64,000 nucleotides of DNA from an uncultured Chthonomonadaceae bacterium (GCA_963817895.1 CAWFQB010000003.1:288001-352000); one strand, 5' to 3'; counted from the first letter of the stretch, positions 1-11,025 are shown. Made by a program: numbers and translations. Notes: generated from the sequence alone by a model not told the origin.

Positions 1-41
1 CTGCATGACCGCAAGCTTACTGAGCTAACTGGCTGAGGTAC

Positions 42-1070
42 CTACTCGTGCGTTAGTGTGTTAGCGGTCACAGGTCTATCACTCAGGCGGCGGCGAGGAC
101 CATCTAATTCCGTATAGAAGCGAGGTTGGTGGCTGCTGTTACGGCGACTGGTTACTACATCATCTCGGATGCCCCGCCCCTGTATGTAAAGTTCTGTCAT
201 TTCACTCTGCTGCATAAGGTGTTCGACAAAATCTAAGTGGTCGCCTTCTTCAATACCTTCAAGGATAACCTTGTGTTTGTACCCATTTTTCAGATTGTAT
301 TTCGCTATGTTCAATGTTTTCACCAAGGGACTATAATGGCCAGTGTATATTTTTGCGATGTTTTTATTGTGTACATTGAAAACTCGTTGTACGCAGCAAG
401 AAAACGTTCATGTGATATTTTCAGCCATTCAACCTGGGCTGAGTACAAGGTAGTCTGTTCGTCAGGCATATCGGCGGGAACATCATCAAAAGCGATAAGC
501 AATTGAGGGTACTTTGTTCCCACCAAATTTTGCAGGCGCCTGTGATAATCAATGTGGGTATGTTCATCTAACTCCAGTACCAATTTATGCCAGTTTTGCA
601 AACCCAGTTCATATTTCAGTAACGTCAGGAAGTTATCGAATGTACTCAAATGTTTCAGCGTACCCGCAGATACATTGAATGAGAATTGTTGTACTACCCC
701 TGCAACACGCCCCTTTGTACGAAACCAACGGGGAAGGACACGCACCAAGGCGCCATCAAGAACAGATTGCTGTAAGTTCATCTAAAGTGTGAATTAATCC
801 TCCTATCCGCACCGAAGAGTTATCTTTCATTTCCAAGGTGCCTGCGAGGATTTCTGCGGCAAATCTTGTATATTGAAATTGGTTGTCTGACAATTTGACA
901 TGATCAATTCGCATCCACTCAGGATGCAAGGCGTCGGGACAAACGGCTAAACGCTGCATGACAGCATCAAAAGTTGTTTTGGTTTCCTCTGAAACTTCCG
1001 TGTGCGAAATACTCATTGAAATTTTCCTTGCGAGGCGAATGTCAATCGGTAAAACTTCCTGTTTATCCAT
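42..1070 (-). CDS. Degenerate stand-alone EAL-domain protein, split over three ORFs (756-1070, 320-781, 42-326) by two apparent frameshifts
   Basis: EAL motifs occur in canonical order across the three overlapping ORFs: AEILAG (EAL), FSFNVS, LVLELDE, IAFDD (DDFGTG loop degenerate), WLKISHERF, VILEGIEE, YIQG. Confidence 0.65.
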
Positions 1071-1153
1071 TAATAGTGACGCTGATGATTTTTTTGTTCC
1101 CTTATGTTTTCATTAGACATTGACTTACTTGACGCACTAGGCTATACCCGACA

Positions 1154-1188
1154 GTAAAAGGCGCACCCTAATAGGGTGCGCCTTTTAC
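1154..1188. terminator. Perfect inverted repeat, bidirectional intrinsic terminator-like
   Basis: GTAAAAGGCGCACCCTA-A-TAGGGTGCGCCTTTTAC with A/T tracts on both sides. Confidence 0.7.
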
Positions 1189-1368
1189 CATAGGCATATA
1201 TTTAAATGTGTCACCAGATATAGACTTGCAGCGACGCCGGAAGTCCGAACACAGAAGCGGGAAGTAACCTCGCAACACGGCGAATGTAGAGCCGCATGGC
1301 GCAAGCCGCCTGTTGTGGAGTCAAGCGCGTTTCCTTGCGCTTCAGAGCAAGGAAGGGAAGGGGAACCG

Positions 1369-1656
1369 ATGAACACCCTTCTGCCGCATGAACAAAGGCT
1401 CGTGGACTATTTCCGTAAAGTGTTCTCACCTTTTACCGCGCAGGATGTAGACGCTGTCACCTTTTACGAGAAAAGCGCGAACGTAGGCGAAATTGCCGCC
1501 GCGCTGCATCAGGAAATTGAAGCAGTTGCGTACCAATTGGTAACGGCGTACCTCAAACTGACGTTTCTCAACACCGCAGAACTGCGCAAACCGTTCTACG
1601 CAGTCGGCTATCCCTTCAACCGGGAACGAGTCCCGAAGGGCGGCTATCGCCACTAA
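1369..1656 (+). CDS. Small LuxR-type HTH-like protein
   Basis: Purine-rich RBS before ATG 1369; FTAQDVDAV...NVGEIAAALHQEIEAVAYQLVTAYLKL...NTAEL follows the LuxR/GerE HTH pattern. Confidence 0.5.
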   Translation: MNTLLPHEQRLVDYFRKVFSPFTAQDVDAVTFYEKSANVGEIAAALHQEIEAVAYQLVTAYLKLTFLNTAELRKPFYAVGYPFNRERVPKGGYRH

Positions 1657-1752
1657 CCAAAACGACACATTTTGTCGCTTGGTATATCGCTCTATCGAAT
1701 AGAGCCTAAATATTCAGAAGCGTTAGTGATTATCACTAACGCTTCTGAATAT

Positions 1753-1959
1753 TTATCTAGTGGCTGTATTTCCGCGCTTTTGTTCAACAGGAATATCTCG
1801 CGTCATTCTAGTTTTTGGGAGCGCGGCTTCTGCTTCCCTTTCGATCTCGACGCGTACTTGTTGAAGTACAGACAAGGTGTATTTGCCGTTATCTTTTTCT
1901 TGCAGCTTTCGCGGCACGGCGTTGTGCATGGTCTTCGTGGCTGTTTGCCTATTCTTCAT
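1753..1959 (-). CDS. Small hypothetical protein
   Basis: 68-aa ORF whose start overlaps the stop of the upstream GAF gene (ATGA coupling). Confidence 0.35.
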   Translation of the reverse strand: MKNRQTATKTMHNAVPRKLQEKDNGKYTLSVLQQVRVEIEREAEAALPKTRMTRDIPVEQKRGNTATR

Positions 1960-3092
1960 TGTTTTACCTTCTGCTTAACCGCACCTGCCGAGCTATGAGC
2001 ATCGTTGCAAAGGAGCATTGCTCCGTAGACGTTCATAACCATGTTGTAGAAGTGATTATCGGCAGGGTCAAAGCTCCGCTTCACCCTAGAATATACGGAG
2101 ATAACATAGTTTACGTTTTCTCCAGTATTTCCTCCTACGACAGGGAAGCATATTAAAGCCCCTTCGCCGCCGCTAGGATTTTTGTCTGATACGACAAAGT
2201 GCGCATCATCTCCTTTACGCAACTCAAGTGCTAGGTCTGGAATGACAACTAGCTCCTTGGTTTCGATGCAGTGTGAAAAGCATGTGCCAGGTTTAGAAAG
2301 CTCAGCTACCGTAGAATGCGCTGGCGCACCTTCGGGAGCACGCGCAATAATCGCATCTAGCTTTCCATTATTCACTTTCACCACAAGCACTTTCAAGTCT
2401 TCTACTCGCAGACTAGCGATTCCTGCAAAAGTTATTGCTAAATGCGCGGCAACTTCTTCAGCAATAAGTGATTCACGCCTGCTGACATTACGACGGTTTG
2501 TAACGCTATGCTGTTCATATATTTTTGGTAGCTTTAATGCGCAACGCTTTATCGCAGCCAACGCTTCAGACAGCAGTTCAGCTTGCGCATGGTCATCCCT
2601 CACTTCAATTAGCTTCAATACCTTTTTTATGCCGCCAAGTAGAGGAGATATACAAAGCAATACGAACGGATACGTTTTGTGGTGTTCTAGCCATGTAGGG
2701 TGCATAGCCAGACTATCAGCATAGTCCTTCTTAACGGCCAGAAAGACAGCGAAATTTGCTGTCGTTCCAATGACCCACGCCGCCAATGACCAAAAAACGC
2801 TATGGTCAAGTGCTGAATTCCACTTTCCTGCTCGCTGACGCAATTGCCATTTCCAATGGCTGGCATAATGCAATTCCATAGTGAACCAATTCATAGCTCC
2901 ACGCCATTTGCGCGAAACTCGTTGGAATATAGTATCTTTGGCTTCTTCTGTACTTTCCTGAGTGTTACCAACGATTGAAGTCGTGTCTTCACTTTCTAAA
3001 ATTGTTGGTGAAGGTTGCGTATTTTCTTGATGAACAGGACTTGTTGTTGGAAGTGGTTCAACTTCGTTTTCACTATTCAATCGTTGTAACAT
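1956..3092 (-). CDS. Membrane protein with two predicted TM helices and a C-terminal GAF-like domain
   Basis: 378-aa ORF; hydrophobic stretches VFWSLAAWVIGTTANFAVFLAV and YPFVLLCISPLLGG; GAF-like motifs TCFSHCIETKELVVIPDL, ALICFPV, VISVYS..KRSF. Confidence 0.6.
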   Translation of the reverse strand: MLQRLNSENEVEPLPTTSPVHQENTQPSPTILESEDTTSIVGNTQESTEEAKDTIFQRVSRKWRGAMNWFTMELHYASHWKWQLRQRAGKWNSALDHSVFWSLAAWVIGTTANFAVFLAVKKDYADSLAMHPTWLEHHKTYPFVLLCISPLLGGIKKVLKLIEVRDDHAQAELLSEALAAIKRCALKLPKIYEQHSVTNRRNVSRRESLIAEEVAAHLAITFAGIASLRVEDLKVLVVKVNNGKLDAIIARAPEGAPAHSTVAELSKPGTCFSHCIETKELVVIPDLALELRKGDDAHFVVSDKNPSGGEGALICFPVVGGNTGENVNYVISVYSRVKRSFDPADNHFYNMVMNVYGAMLLCNDAHSSAGAVKQKVKQ

Positions 3093-3413
3093 TTTGCGAG
3101 TACCTAATGTAGTATTAGACTAAACAGCTAAACGCTGTACAAACGTGGGGAATTGAACAAAATTCAAGTGCTTAGGCGGTAGACAATATGGAAGCATCTT
3201 AACAAATATCTACGGAAGTGTTATACCACAAAACAGTCAAAATAGTATTCTAGAACTGTTGAATAAAGCATTAAGTTTCTCAATAAGTGATCCCTCGCTG
3301 AAAGCTGACCAGAAGCCCGTCCTGTTTCACAAAGCCGTCAATATCGCCGATGCGCTTAATTTTAGGCACAAAACCTGCGCCGAGACTGGCAACGACCTGA
3401 AGACGGAAGATTT

Positions 3414-3473
3414 CACCCTCACCCCCGGCCCCTCTCTTCCTGATTCGTCCGCAATGCGGACAGGGAGAGGGGA
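3414..3473. repeat. REP-like palindromic element (CCCCTCTC...GAGAGGGG type)
   Basis: CACCCTCACCCCCGGCCCCTCTCTTCCTG...TCCGCAATGCGGACAGGGAGAGGGG forms an imperfect hairpin. Confidence 0.55.
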
Positions 3474-3866
3474 GCGAATGTGTTCACTTTTGCGCGTTTT
3501 CATTCAGCAGTGAGCGCGTTTTTACAATTCACTGGCACAAACAAGGGAACAAATAAAACGCAAACACAAAAGAAAAATTTGTGATCCCCGGCAAAAGGCT
3601 GCAACTTTCCCCCTCCACATATCGTCTGATTATCTGCACATGCGTCTACTATACAGGAGAGGGGACAGCCGCCTATGCTCTGCCTGCTCCCATTGCCGCC
3701 TTGACGCCGCTGAGGTCACGACGCCTCCACTGTAAAATTGCATAACACAACGAGACATCGGGCTGGAAGCGCTGCATTGCCACTATTTCGACGCTGTCTC
3801 TACATATTGCTTTTTTATCTCGACCTTTGCGCACCAACTCTTTTTTCTTCATTAGCAGGCGCATTA

Positions 3867-4553
3867 TTACCGATAATCAGGACGAGTGGCATACGCGATG
3901 GGGTCTTCCACGCCTGCGCGCTGAAAACCGCGCAGGCGCAGGGCGCAACTGTCGCACACGCCGCAGGCCAAGTCCTCGCTCTGGTAACAACTCCATGTCA
4001 GATGCAGGGGCGCGTCCAGTTCCAGCCCTTTGCGGATGATGGCCTCTTTGGTCAGATAGATAATCGGCGTTTCGATGCGAATGTCGCCTGCCGCCGTGCC
4101 AAGCCGGATCACCTCGTTGAACGCGGCATAGTATTCCGGGCGGCAGTCGGGATAGCCGCTGCTGTCTTCATAGACCGCGCCGATGTACAGCCGTTTCGCG
4201 TCGCATACTTCCGCCCACGACACGCCCACGCTCAGAATATGCGCGTTGCGAAACGGCACATACGACGTGGGAATCGCCGTGATTTTCCAAATCGGCCTGC
4301 GTGACCGGAATACTCGCGTCCGTCAGACTGCTGCCGCCAATGGCCGCAAGGTGCGCGATGGAGCAGACCATTCGCCGCGCATGGGGAATGCTGGTAAAAA
4401 TCGGCGAGTGCGTGAAACGCCTGCAATTCGCCGCTGTTCCGTGCGCTGCCCGTAATTCAGATGCAGAAAATTCAGTTCGTGTCCGTCTTCCCGCGCCAAT
4501 GCCGCCGTCACGCACGAATCCATGCCGCCCGAAACCAGTACAATCGCCCGCAT
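3867..4553 (-). CDS. queC: 7-cyano-7-deazaguanine synthase QueC (apparent frameshifts)
   Basis: [39 protein letters not shown] and CGVCDSC motifs spread over frames. Confidence 0.92.
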
Positions 4554-4572
4554 AAGCCTTGCTCCTCGTGGT

Positions 4573-4697
4573 TATTCACCACCAGGACACAAAGTACACC
4601 AAGAGAAAAGAGGAAGATAAAAAAGACTATTTCCAGTCAATCCTCCCATAGTTTTTCTTTGTATTACTTGGTGTTCTTCGTGTCTTGGTGGTGAATA
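4573..4697. repeat. Inverted-repeat element with ~9-nt periodic arms
   Basis: TATTCACCACCAGGACACAAAGTACACCAAG ... CTTGGTGTTCTTCGTGTCTTGGTGGTGAATA. Confidence 0.75.
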
Positions 4698-4804
4698 GGT
4701 ATTTCTTCGCGTTTGCCCAATGCTGTAAACCACTATTCTACCGCGAAAGTCTCTCCTGCTGTTGAGAAAATAGCCGGTATCGTTCGTATTAGTATGTGGA
4801 ACGG

Positions 4805-4840
4805 TTGACGCGGCTTACCTAATTGTGATAAAATTCACAG
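4805..4840 (+). promoter_or_regulatory. Sigma70-type nuo promoter with an overlapping Rex-like operator
   Basis: TTGACG(4805)-N18-TAAAAT(4829) with extended TG; TTGTGAT-AAAA-TTCACAG (4823-4840) resembles the Rex consensus TTGTGAA-N4-TTCACAA. Confidence 0.65.
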
Positions 4841-4950
4841 AATTAGAAAAGGCGGTGTTCAGGTGTTCGGACCTGTTCCGACGCTTGCGCTGAAAACCTG
4901 TTGGGAACAAACCGCCGTCGCCCGACGTAACAGGGCAGAGGAACATATCA

Positions 4951-5553
4951 GTGAACAGTTATATACCGATTGCCGTGATGATGCTAGTGGCGCCGTGATT
5001 GCCGCCGCTATGGTGGGCGGCTCGTTCTTTCTCGGCCCCAAAAAGCCCGGCGCGCAGAAATCCACGCCGTATGAGTGCGGCATGACGCCCGTTGGCTCGG
5101 CCCGCGAGCGGTTTCCCGATCAAGTTCTACCTGATCGCCATGCTGTTCATCGTGTTCGACATCGAAACCATCTTCCTGTATCCCTGGGCCGTCAACTACG
5201 GCACCCTCGGCCACTCCCTGAAAGTGTTCAACCTGATCGAAATGGCCGTGTTCGTCGTGATCCTGTTCGTGGGCTACTTCTACATTCTGGGCAAGGGCGC
5301 GCTGGATTGGGACGAGAGCGAGCAGGCCAAGAACGCCGACGTGCTTTCCGCCCGCGTCGTCGCCCCCCGCGCCGCCATTCGCTTCGGCAACGAGAAGTCC
5401 GGCCCTGCCGACCTGTCCAGAACGCCCGTCGGCCCGCGCGTTCCCACTTTGGCGCGAGTTCGCAGGAACTCTACCAGCGCATGCCCAATCAGACGTGTCC
5501 CACCGCCGGCCCGTGACGTGCCGCGCATCGGCGCGTCACCGACGGGTAGGTAG
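4951..5553 (+). CDS. nuoA: NADH-quinone oxidoreductase subunit A with C-terminal extension (apparent frameshifts)
   Basis: [42 protein letters not shown]. Confidence 0.92.
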
Positions 5554-5665
5554 GTAGATGAGTAGATAGCGTAGAAGCGCCTTCTCAATTAAGATTGTAT
5601 ATGTCAGCAAGGCTTGCGGGTGAATTCCTACCTATCTACCGACCTACCCATCTACCCATCTACCC
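5544..5665. repeat. Octamer tandem-repeat inverted pair (GTAGATGG/CCATCTAC type) between nuoA and nuoC
   Basis: GGGTAGGTAGGTAGATGAGTAGATAGCGTAG ... CCTACCTATCTACCGACCTACCCATCTACCCATCTACCC. Confidence 0.8.
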
Positions 5666-5676
5666 AAGAGGTACTC

Positions 5677-6395
5677 ATGGTTCAATCGCCCCCGCCACCC
5701 GCCGCAGCAACAACCGTTCCAGAGCGGCTGGAAGTGCAAAAAATTCGCGCTCTGTTTCCCGGACGCCATTCTGGACGTCAATCTGTTTCGCGGCGACACG
5801 CGCATTCTGGTGCAGCGGCAGCACATCGTGGAAGTCTGCCGACTGATGCGCGACGACCCGGAATTGCAATACAACTTTTTTGTCGAGTGCCTGGGCGTGG
5901 ACTATCTGGACTACCGCGACGACTACCGCTTCGAGGTCGTCTACAATCTGTACTCGCTGCCCTATGAACAGAACGGCGATCCGGTACGGGCATAACACCG
6001 CGCATTTTCCTGAAAGTGCCGGTGCCGGAAGAAGACGCGGTCGTGCCGAGCGTGACGAGCATGTATCCGGGCGCGAACTTTCCCGAGCGGGAAATCTTCG
6101 ATATGTTCGGCGTGCGATTTTGCGGGCCATCCCGACCTGCGCCGCATTCTGATGTCGGACGACTGGGTTGGGCATCCGCAGCGCAAAGACTATCCGCTCG
6201 GCGGCGAACGCGTCCAGTTCCCGGCAGGCAAATACGGCCCGTCCGTTGGCGAAGTGCCGGTGCAGCACCCCGGCGAGTCGTTCTACGGCAAGACCGGGCG
6301 ACGCGCAGGGCGAAAAGTACGGCAACGTCCGCACCCCCACGCCGGACGCAGGGCCGGGGACGCTGTTGCCGCCGCCGCGAGAACCGGGGAAATAG
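5677..6395 (+). CDS. nuoC: NADH-quinone oxidoreductase subunit C (apparent frameshifts)
   Basis: [50 protein letters not shown]. Confidence 0.92.
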
Positions 6396-6473
6396 GTGTC
6401 AGGTTTCAGGTTTCAGGGAACTCGCCTATTGAGCAGAGACTTCCTGAAACCTGACACCTGAAACCTGAAACCT
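6394..6473. repeat. Heptamer tandem-repeat inverted pair (AGGTTTC/GAAACCT) between nuoC and nuoD
   Basis: AGGTGTCAGGTTTCAGGTTTCAGG ... CCTGAAACCTGACACCTGAAACCTGAAACCT. Confidence 0.85.
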
Positions 6474-6489
6474 TCCCGAAGGGAACATC

Positions 6490-7737
6490 ATGGCAATTGA
6501 TGAAAGACGCTTGAACGAACTGAATACGCGCGTCATGAACGCGCAGGGCGTACAGATTGATGCGCTCGACGACCAGACGATGGTCGTCAACATGGGGCCG
6601 CAGCATCCGAGTACGCACGGCGTTTTGCGCGTGGTGCTGGAACTCGACGGCGAAGTGATCGTCCGCGCCACGCCGCATATCGGCTACGTCCATACCGGCA
6701 TCGAAAAGACCATCGAATACAAGACGTACATGAAGGCGGTCACGCTGACGGACCGCATGGATTACGTGGCGTCCCTGCTGGAAAACAGCGCGTACTCGCT
6801 CTCTGTGGAGAAACTGCTCGGTATTGAGATACCGCCGCGCGGGCAGGTTCTGCGCGTGATGCTGATGGAATTGGAGCGGCTTGCCAGCCATCTGGTCTGG
6901 CTGGGAACGCACATTCTCGATCTGGGCGCCATGACCGATCTTCTTCTACGCCTTTCAGCAGCGCGAAAAGATACTGGACCTGAAAGAGATGATGTCCGGC
7001 GTCCGCATGATGACCAGTTGGATCGTGCCGGGCGGACTGCGCGGCGATGCCCCGGATGGCTGGCTGGACCGCGCCAAAGACTTCGTGGACGGTTTCCCCC
7101 GCGCTATGGACGAGATCGAAAACCTGCTCAACGCCAACCCGATTTTCCGGGAGCGCACGCAGGGCGTGGGAACCATCAGCGTGGAGGACTGCCTCGCGCT
7201 CGGCGTGGGCGGCCCGACCCTGCGCGCAGCGGGCGTCAACTACGACATCCGCAAGGCCGCGCCTACAGCGGCTACGAGAATTTCGAGTTTTCACGTCCCG
7301 ACGGGCGAGTTCAGCGACGTGTACGACCGTTATCCGCGTCCGCATGGCCGAAATGATACCAGAGCCGCGAGATCATCAAGCAGTGCATCGAGAACATGCC
7401 CACCGGCCCGATCAACATCGACGACCGCAAAATCGTGCCGCCGCCGCGCCAGGAACTCGACAACAGCATGGAAGCGGTCATCCACCACTTCAAGCTGTGG
7501 ACGGAAGGCTTCCATCCGCCCGTCGGCGAGGCGTATGTTCCCATTGAAAGCGGCAAGGGCGAAGCGGGCTTCTACATCGTCAGCGACGGCACCAACCGTC
7601 CGTATCGCTGCCACCGCCGCCCCGCCAGTTTCATGAACCTGCAGGCGCTCTCGAAAATGTCCGAGGGCCGCTTGATCGCCGACGTGGTCGCCATCATCGG
7701 CAGCATTGATATTATTCTGGGTGAAATTGATAGGTAA
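6490..7737 (+). CDS. nuoD: NADH-quinone oxidoreductase subunit D (apparent frameshifts)
   Basis: NMGPQHPSTHGVLR, DRMDY, MEAVIHHFKL, ESGKGE, IIGSIDIILGEIDR. Confidence 0.96.
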
Positions 7738-7821
7738 GGGAGTAGGAGTAGGTTATAGGGAGTAGGACACTCGCGAGTTGAACAAGGCTTTTCCTACTCC
7801 TACCATCTACTCCCTACTCCC
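7738..7821. repeat. Heptamer tandem-repeat inverted pair (GGGAGTA/TACTCCC) between nuoD and nuoE
   Basis: GGGAGTAGGAGTAGG..TAGGGAGTAGGA ... TCCTACTCCTACCATCTACTCCCTACTCCC. Confidence 0.75.
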
Positions 7822-7833
7822 AAAGGGATTGCC

Positions 7834-8474
7834 ATGTCTTCGTCTCCTTCCATATCCGGCGGGGCGCGCGAACCGCTGCCCATGCCCGCCAAAGAGTACC
7901 GTTTCTCCGAGCAGGCGATCGCCGAACTGGAAGACATCGCCAGCCACTACCCGGAGCGCAAAGCCGCCTGCCTGCCCGCGCTGTGGATCGCGCAGCGCGA
8001 GTACGGCGGCTTTCTGACGCCCAACGCCATCCAGGAAGTGGCGGACCGACTCGGGCCTGTCGTTTCAGGAAGTGGAGGGCGTCGCCACTTTCTACACGAT
8101 GTACAACCTGCGCCCGCGTCGGACGGCATCATCTGGAAGTCTGCACCTGCCTGACATGCGCCGTGATGGGCGCGTATGACGTCGTGCATACGCTGGAGCA
8201 TGAACTGGGCATCGGGATCGGGCAGACCACGCCGGACGGCGAGTTCACCCTGTCCGAAGCGGAATGCCTGGACTTTTGCGGCGCGGCAACGGTGATGCAG
8301 GTCGGCGACAAGTATTTCACCAACCTGACCGCCGACAACGTGATGAACCTGATCGAAGAACTGCGCAGCAGCCCGGATTACACGCCCGCCAAACTCGCCG
8401 ACAGCATCGTGAAAGTGCAGATCACCGGCGCAAGCGAAACCGGCGGCGGCAGCTTCGCCCCGGAAGATATTTAA
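7834..8474 (+). CDS. nuoE: NADH-quinone oxidoreductase subunit E (apparent frameshifts)
   Basis: YPERKAACLPALWIAQ, VCTCLTC, TPDGEFTLSEAECLDFC (2Fe-2S ligands). Confidence 0.92.
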
Positions 8475-8499
8475 AGACTAGAAAAATAGTCAGGAGTTT

Positions 8500-8955
8500 A
8501 TGAAGTCTACTTCGCAAGATTACTACGAAGCCGCTCAACAACGCTATGCGGTAGCATTGCAAATGTTTGATGATGTAGACTATGACCAACGCTTCTCGAT
8601 GGTACATATTCTGTGTGGCTTGGCTGTTGAATGTCTGATTCGCGCTTACCTCTTGAAAGTCGCCAAAGATCAGTGGGATAAGCGGCATGACCTTTATCAA
8701 CTTGCATCTCTGGCTCGCTTCTTCGATTTAGTTCCGAAAAGCCAGAAAGAAGAGTTCAGTTCCAGGTTCGCAACCATCAATAAACGCTGGCAGAGTTCCC
8801 ACCGGTATTCTCCTGCTCGACAGATTGAGCAACATCTGCAAAAAGTAGGCGCAGAAAAGCACATCCCTGGCAATCTGCTTGAAAATAGCGCGCGTACTAT
8901 GCTGAATCTGACTGGCGACATATTCAAGATTGGAGAAAGCAAATGGCGAACGTAG
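8500..8955 (+). CDS. HEPN-domain protein (putative toxin-like RNase fold)
   Basis: GLAVECLIRA, KRHDLYQL and W....RY motifs typical of HEPN; lower GC than the nuo genes; RBS AGGAG. Confidence 0.7.
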   Translation: MKSTSQDYYEAAQQRYAVALQMFDDVDYDQRFSMVHILCGLAVECLIRAYLLKVAKDQWDKRHDLYQLASLARFFDLVPKSQKEEFSSRFATINKRWQSSHRYSPARQIEQHLQKVGAEKHIPGNLLENSARTMLNLTGDIFKIGESKWRT

Positions 8956-9215
8956 GAGTGAATGTAGCGCAACATGTACAGCATATTCTATCCCGGCGCT
9001 TTCATGGCGCGCAAGTGGAAGCGGATCGTTTTAACGGAGCAGAACGCATCAGCGGCCATATTGTATGGGAAGGTTTCAACGATTTAGATCAGGTGGATCG
9101 CCAACGCCAAATATACCAGGTTTTACGTCAGGAATTGGGGCCGGAGGCGACGCAAATCTCCATTATACTTGCCTATTCGCCAGAGGAATGGGCCGCGATG
9201 CACGAAGATGAGTAG
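8943..9215 (+). CDS. Small BolA-like / minimal nucleotidyltransferase-like partner of the HEPN gene
   Basis: ISGHIVWEGFNDLDQVDRQRQIYQVL...AYSPEEW; overlaps the HEPN stop. Confidence 0.55.
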   Translation: MANVGVNVAQHVQHILSRRFHGAQVEADRFNGAERISGHIVWEGFNDLDQVDRQRQIYQVLRQELGPEATQISIILAYSPEEWAAMHEDE

Positions 9216-9226
9216 GAAATTAGAAC

Positions 9227-10564
9227 ATGGCTGAACTGAATTTACTGTTTAAGAACCGGAACGTGCCGGGGATTGAGAATTTAGATGTGTATGAGGCGAA
9301 TGGCGGCTATGCAGGCTTGAAAAAAGCCGTCGCGATGGAGCGGCAGGCCGTCATAGACGAGGTGAAAGCGTCCGGGCTGCGCGGGCGCGGCGGGGCGGGC
9401 TTCCCGACGTGGATCAAGTGGAACGGCCTGCCCAAAAACTACGACGCGCCGCATTATGTCATCTGCAACGCGGACGAGGGCGAACCCGGCACGTACAAAG
9501 ACCGCGAACTGATGCTGAAACTGGCGCATACGCTCGTGGAAGGCATGATTATCGCGGGGTACGCCACGCACAGCATCAAGGGATTCGTGTACATTCGGGG
9601 CGAGTACGTGGAGCCCGCGTGGCAGGTGCGCAAAGCCATTGATCAGGCGTACAAGGCCGGATATCTGGGCAAGAACATATCTGGGTATTGCGGGCTTCAA
9701 CTTCGACCTGTATATTCAGATGGGCGCGGGCAGTTACGAGTGCGGCGAAGAGTCCGCGCTGATGAGCAGTCTGATGGGCGAACGGGGCAATCCGCGCCTG
9801 AAATTTCCCGCACGCGCCCCTGCCGACCGTGGAAGGCGTCTGGAAGTCGCCCACGCTGATCAACAACGTGGAAACGTACTGCGCGGCGACGTGGATACTC
9901 GCCAACGGCGGCGCGGAATACGCCAAATACGGCACGGAAAAAAGCAAGGGCAGCAAAGTGATGTCCGTGTCGCGGGCATGTCGCGCGTCCCGCCAATTAC
10001 GAGATCGAGTTGGGAACACCCCTGATGGAACTGCTGGACATGGCGGGCGGCGTCACCAATGGACGCTTGAAAGCCGTGATTCCGGGCGGCTCGTCCGTGC
10101 AAATTATGACCGCGGAGCAGTGCAAAAACATCAATCTGGATTATGAAAACTGCGCGGCGAACGGAACCCTGCTCGGTTCGGGCGGCTTCATGGCGTTCAA
10201 CGACCTGACCGACATTCCCCTGTTGATGAAGCGCACGGCGGAATTCTACATGCACGAGTCGTGCGGCAAGTGTACGCCCTGCCGCGAGGGAACCCGCTGG
10301 ATTTTCAAAATCATGGATCGCATCACATCGGGAGCCGGACGCGACGGCGACATTGATCTGCTGCTCGACGTGTGCAGCCAGATTGACGGACGCTCGTACT
10401 GCGGTTTGGGCGACGCCGCCGCATGGCCGATTGTGGGAGCCATCAAAGCGTTCCGCCCCGAATTCGAGTACTGGATCGCCAACAAAAAATCGCCCGTCGG
10501 CCCGCGTCACGTTCCCCCGACGCCCGAAGTGGTCAACCCGCTGCTCATCCTGACAGCGGCGTAG
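9227..10564 (+). CDS. nuoF: NADH-quinone oxidoreductase subunit F (apparent frameshifts)
   Basis: [47 protein letters not shown]. Confidence 0.96.
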
Positions 10565-10611
10565 CGCAAACGTTGGTGAGGTGAACTTCCATTCCTGAAA
10601 GGAAATGTGAA

Positions 10612-11025
10612 ATGACAGCAACCCTTGCGAAAACGTTTCCGGCTTACCGTGAGCCGCTACAGAACTTGGTCGAGGAACATCTGGAAGACAAGAACGACCC
10701 GTTGCTTCTGGCCTTGTACTACGCGCCGCAGAGGAACCCGGAAGACGTATTTTTACTGGAAGTCAGCCAAAATTTTTCAAACGGCAGATTAGACCCGGAT
10801 AGAGAACTGTTCGAGATGGCCTTTTCCAACAAAACAGGATTCCCCGTTGAAGATGGGCAATGGGTACATCTTGTGCTGGCAAACCCAAATGAAGTACAAG
10901 TTGCTTTCAAGGAACACTGGCTGCTTTCCGATGAGATTAGAACCGCTATACGAAACAACAATGCCGAAGTAATTTATAGTGTTCCGGGTGTTGGTGATGA
11001 GTTGCTGCGAGAGATACGTGGATAG
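10612..11025 (+). CDS. Hypothetical protein, putative antitoxin-like partner of the downstream HEPN gene
   Basis: 137-aa ORF with RBS, overlapping the HEPN start; acidic, with EDVFLLEV and VHLVLANPNE reminiscent of degenerate MNT-like proteins. Confidence 0.5.
   Translation: MTATLAKTFPAYREPLQNLVEEHLEDKNDPLLLALYYAPQRNPEDVFLLEVSQNFSNGRLDPDRELFEMAFSNKTGFPVEDGQWVHLVLANPNEVQVAFKEHWLLSDEIRTAIRNNNAEVIYSVPGVGDELLREIRG

Noticed and set aside
1190..1368. Possible ncRNA or retron-like element before the LuxR-like ORF
   Set aside because: Only one clear hairpin (TTCCTTGC..GCAAGGAA), no reverse transcriptase nearby and no recognisable RNA motif.
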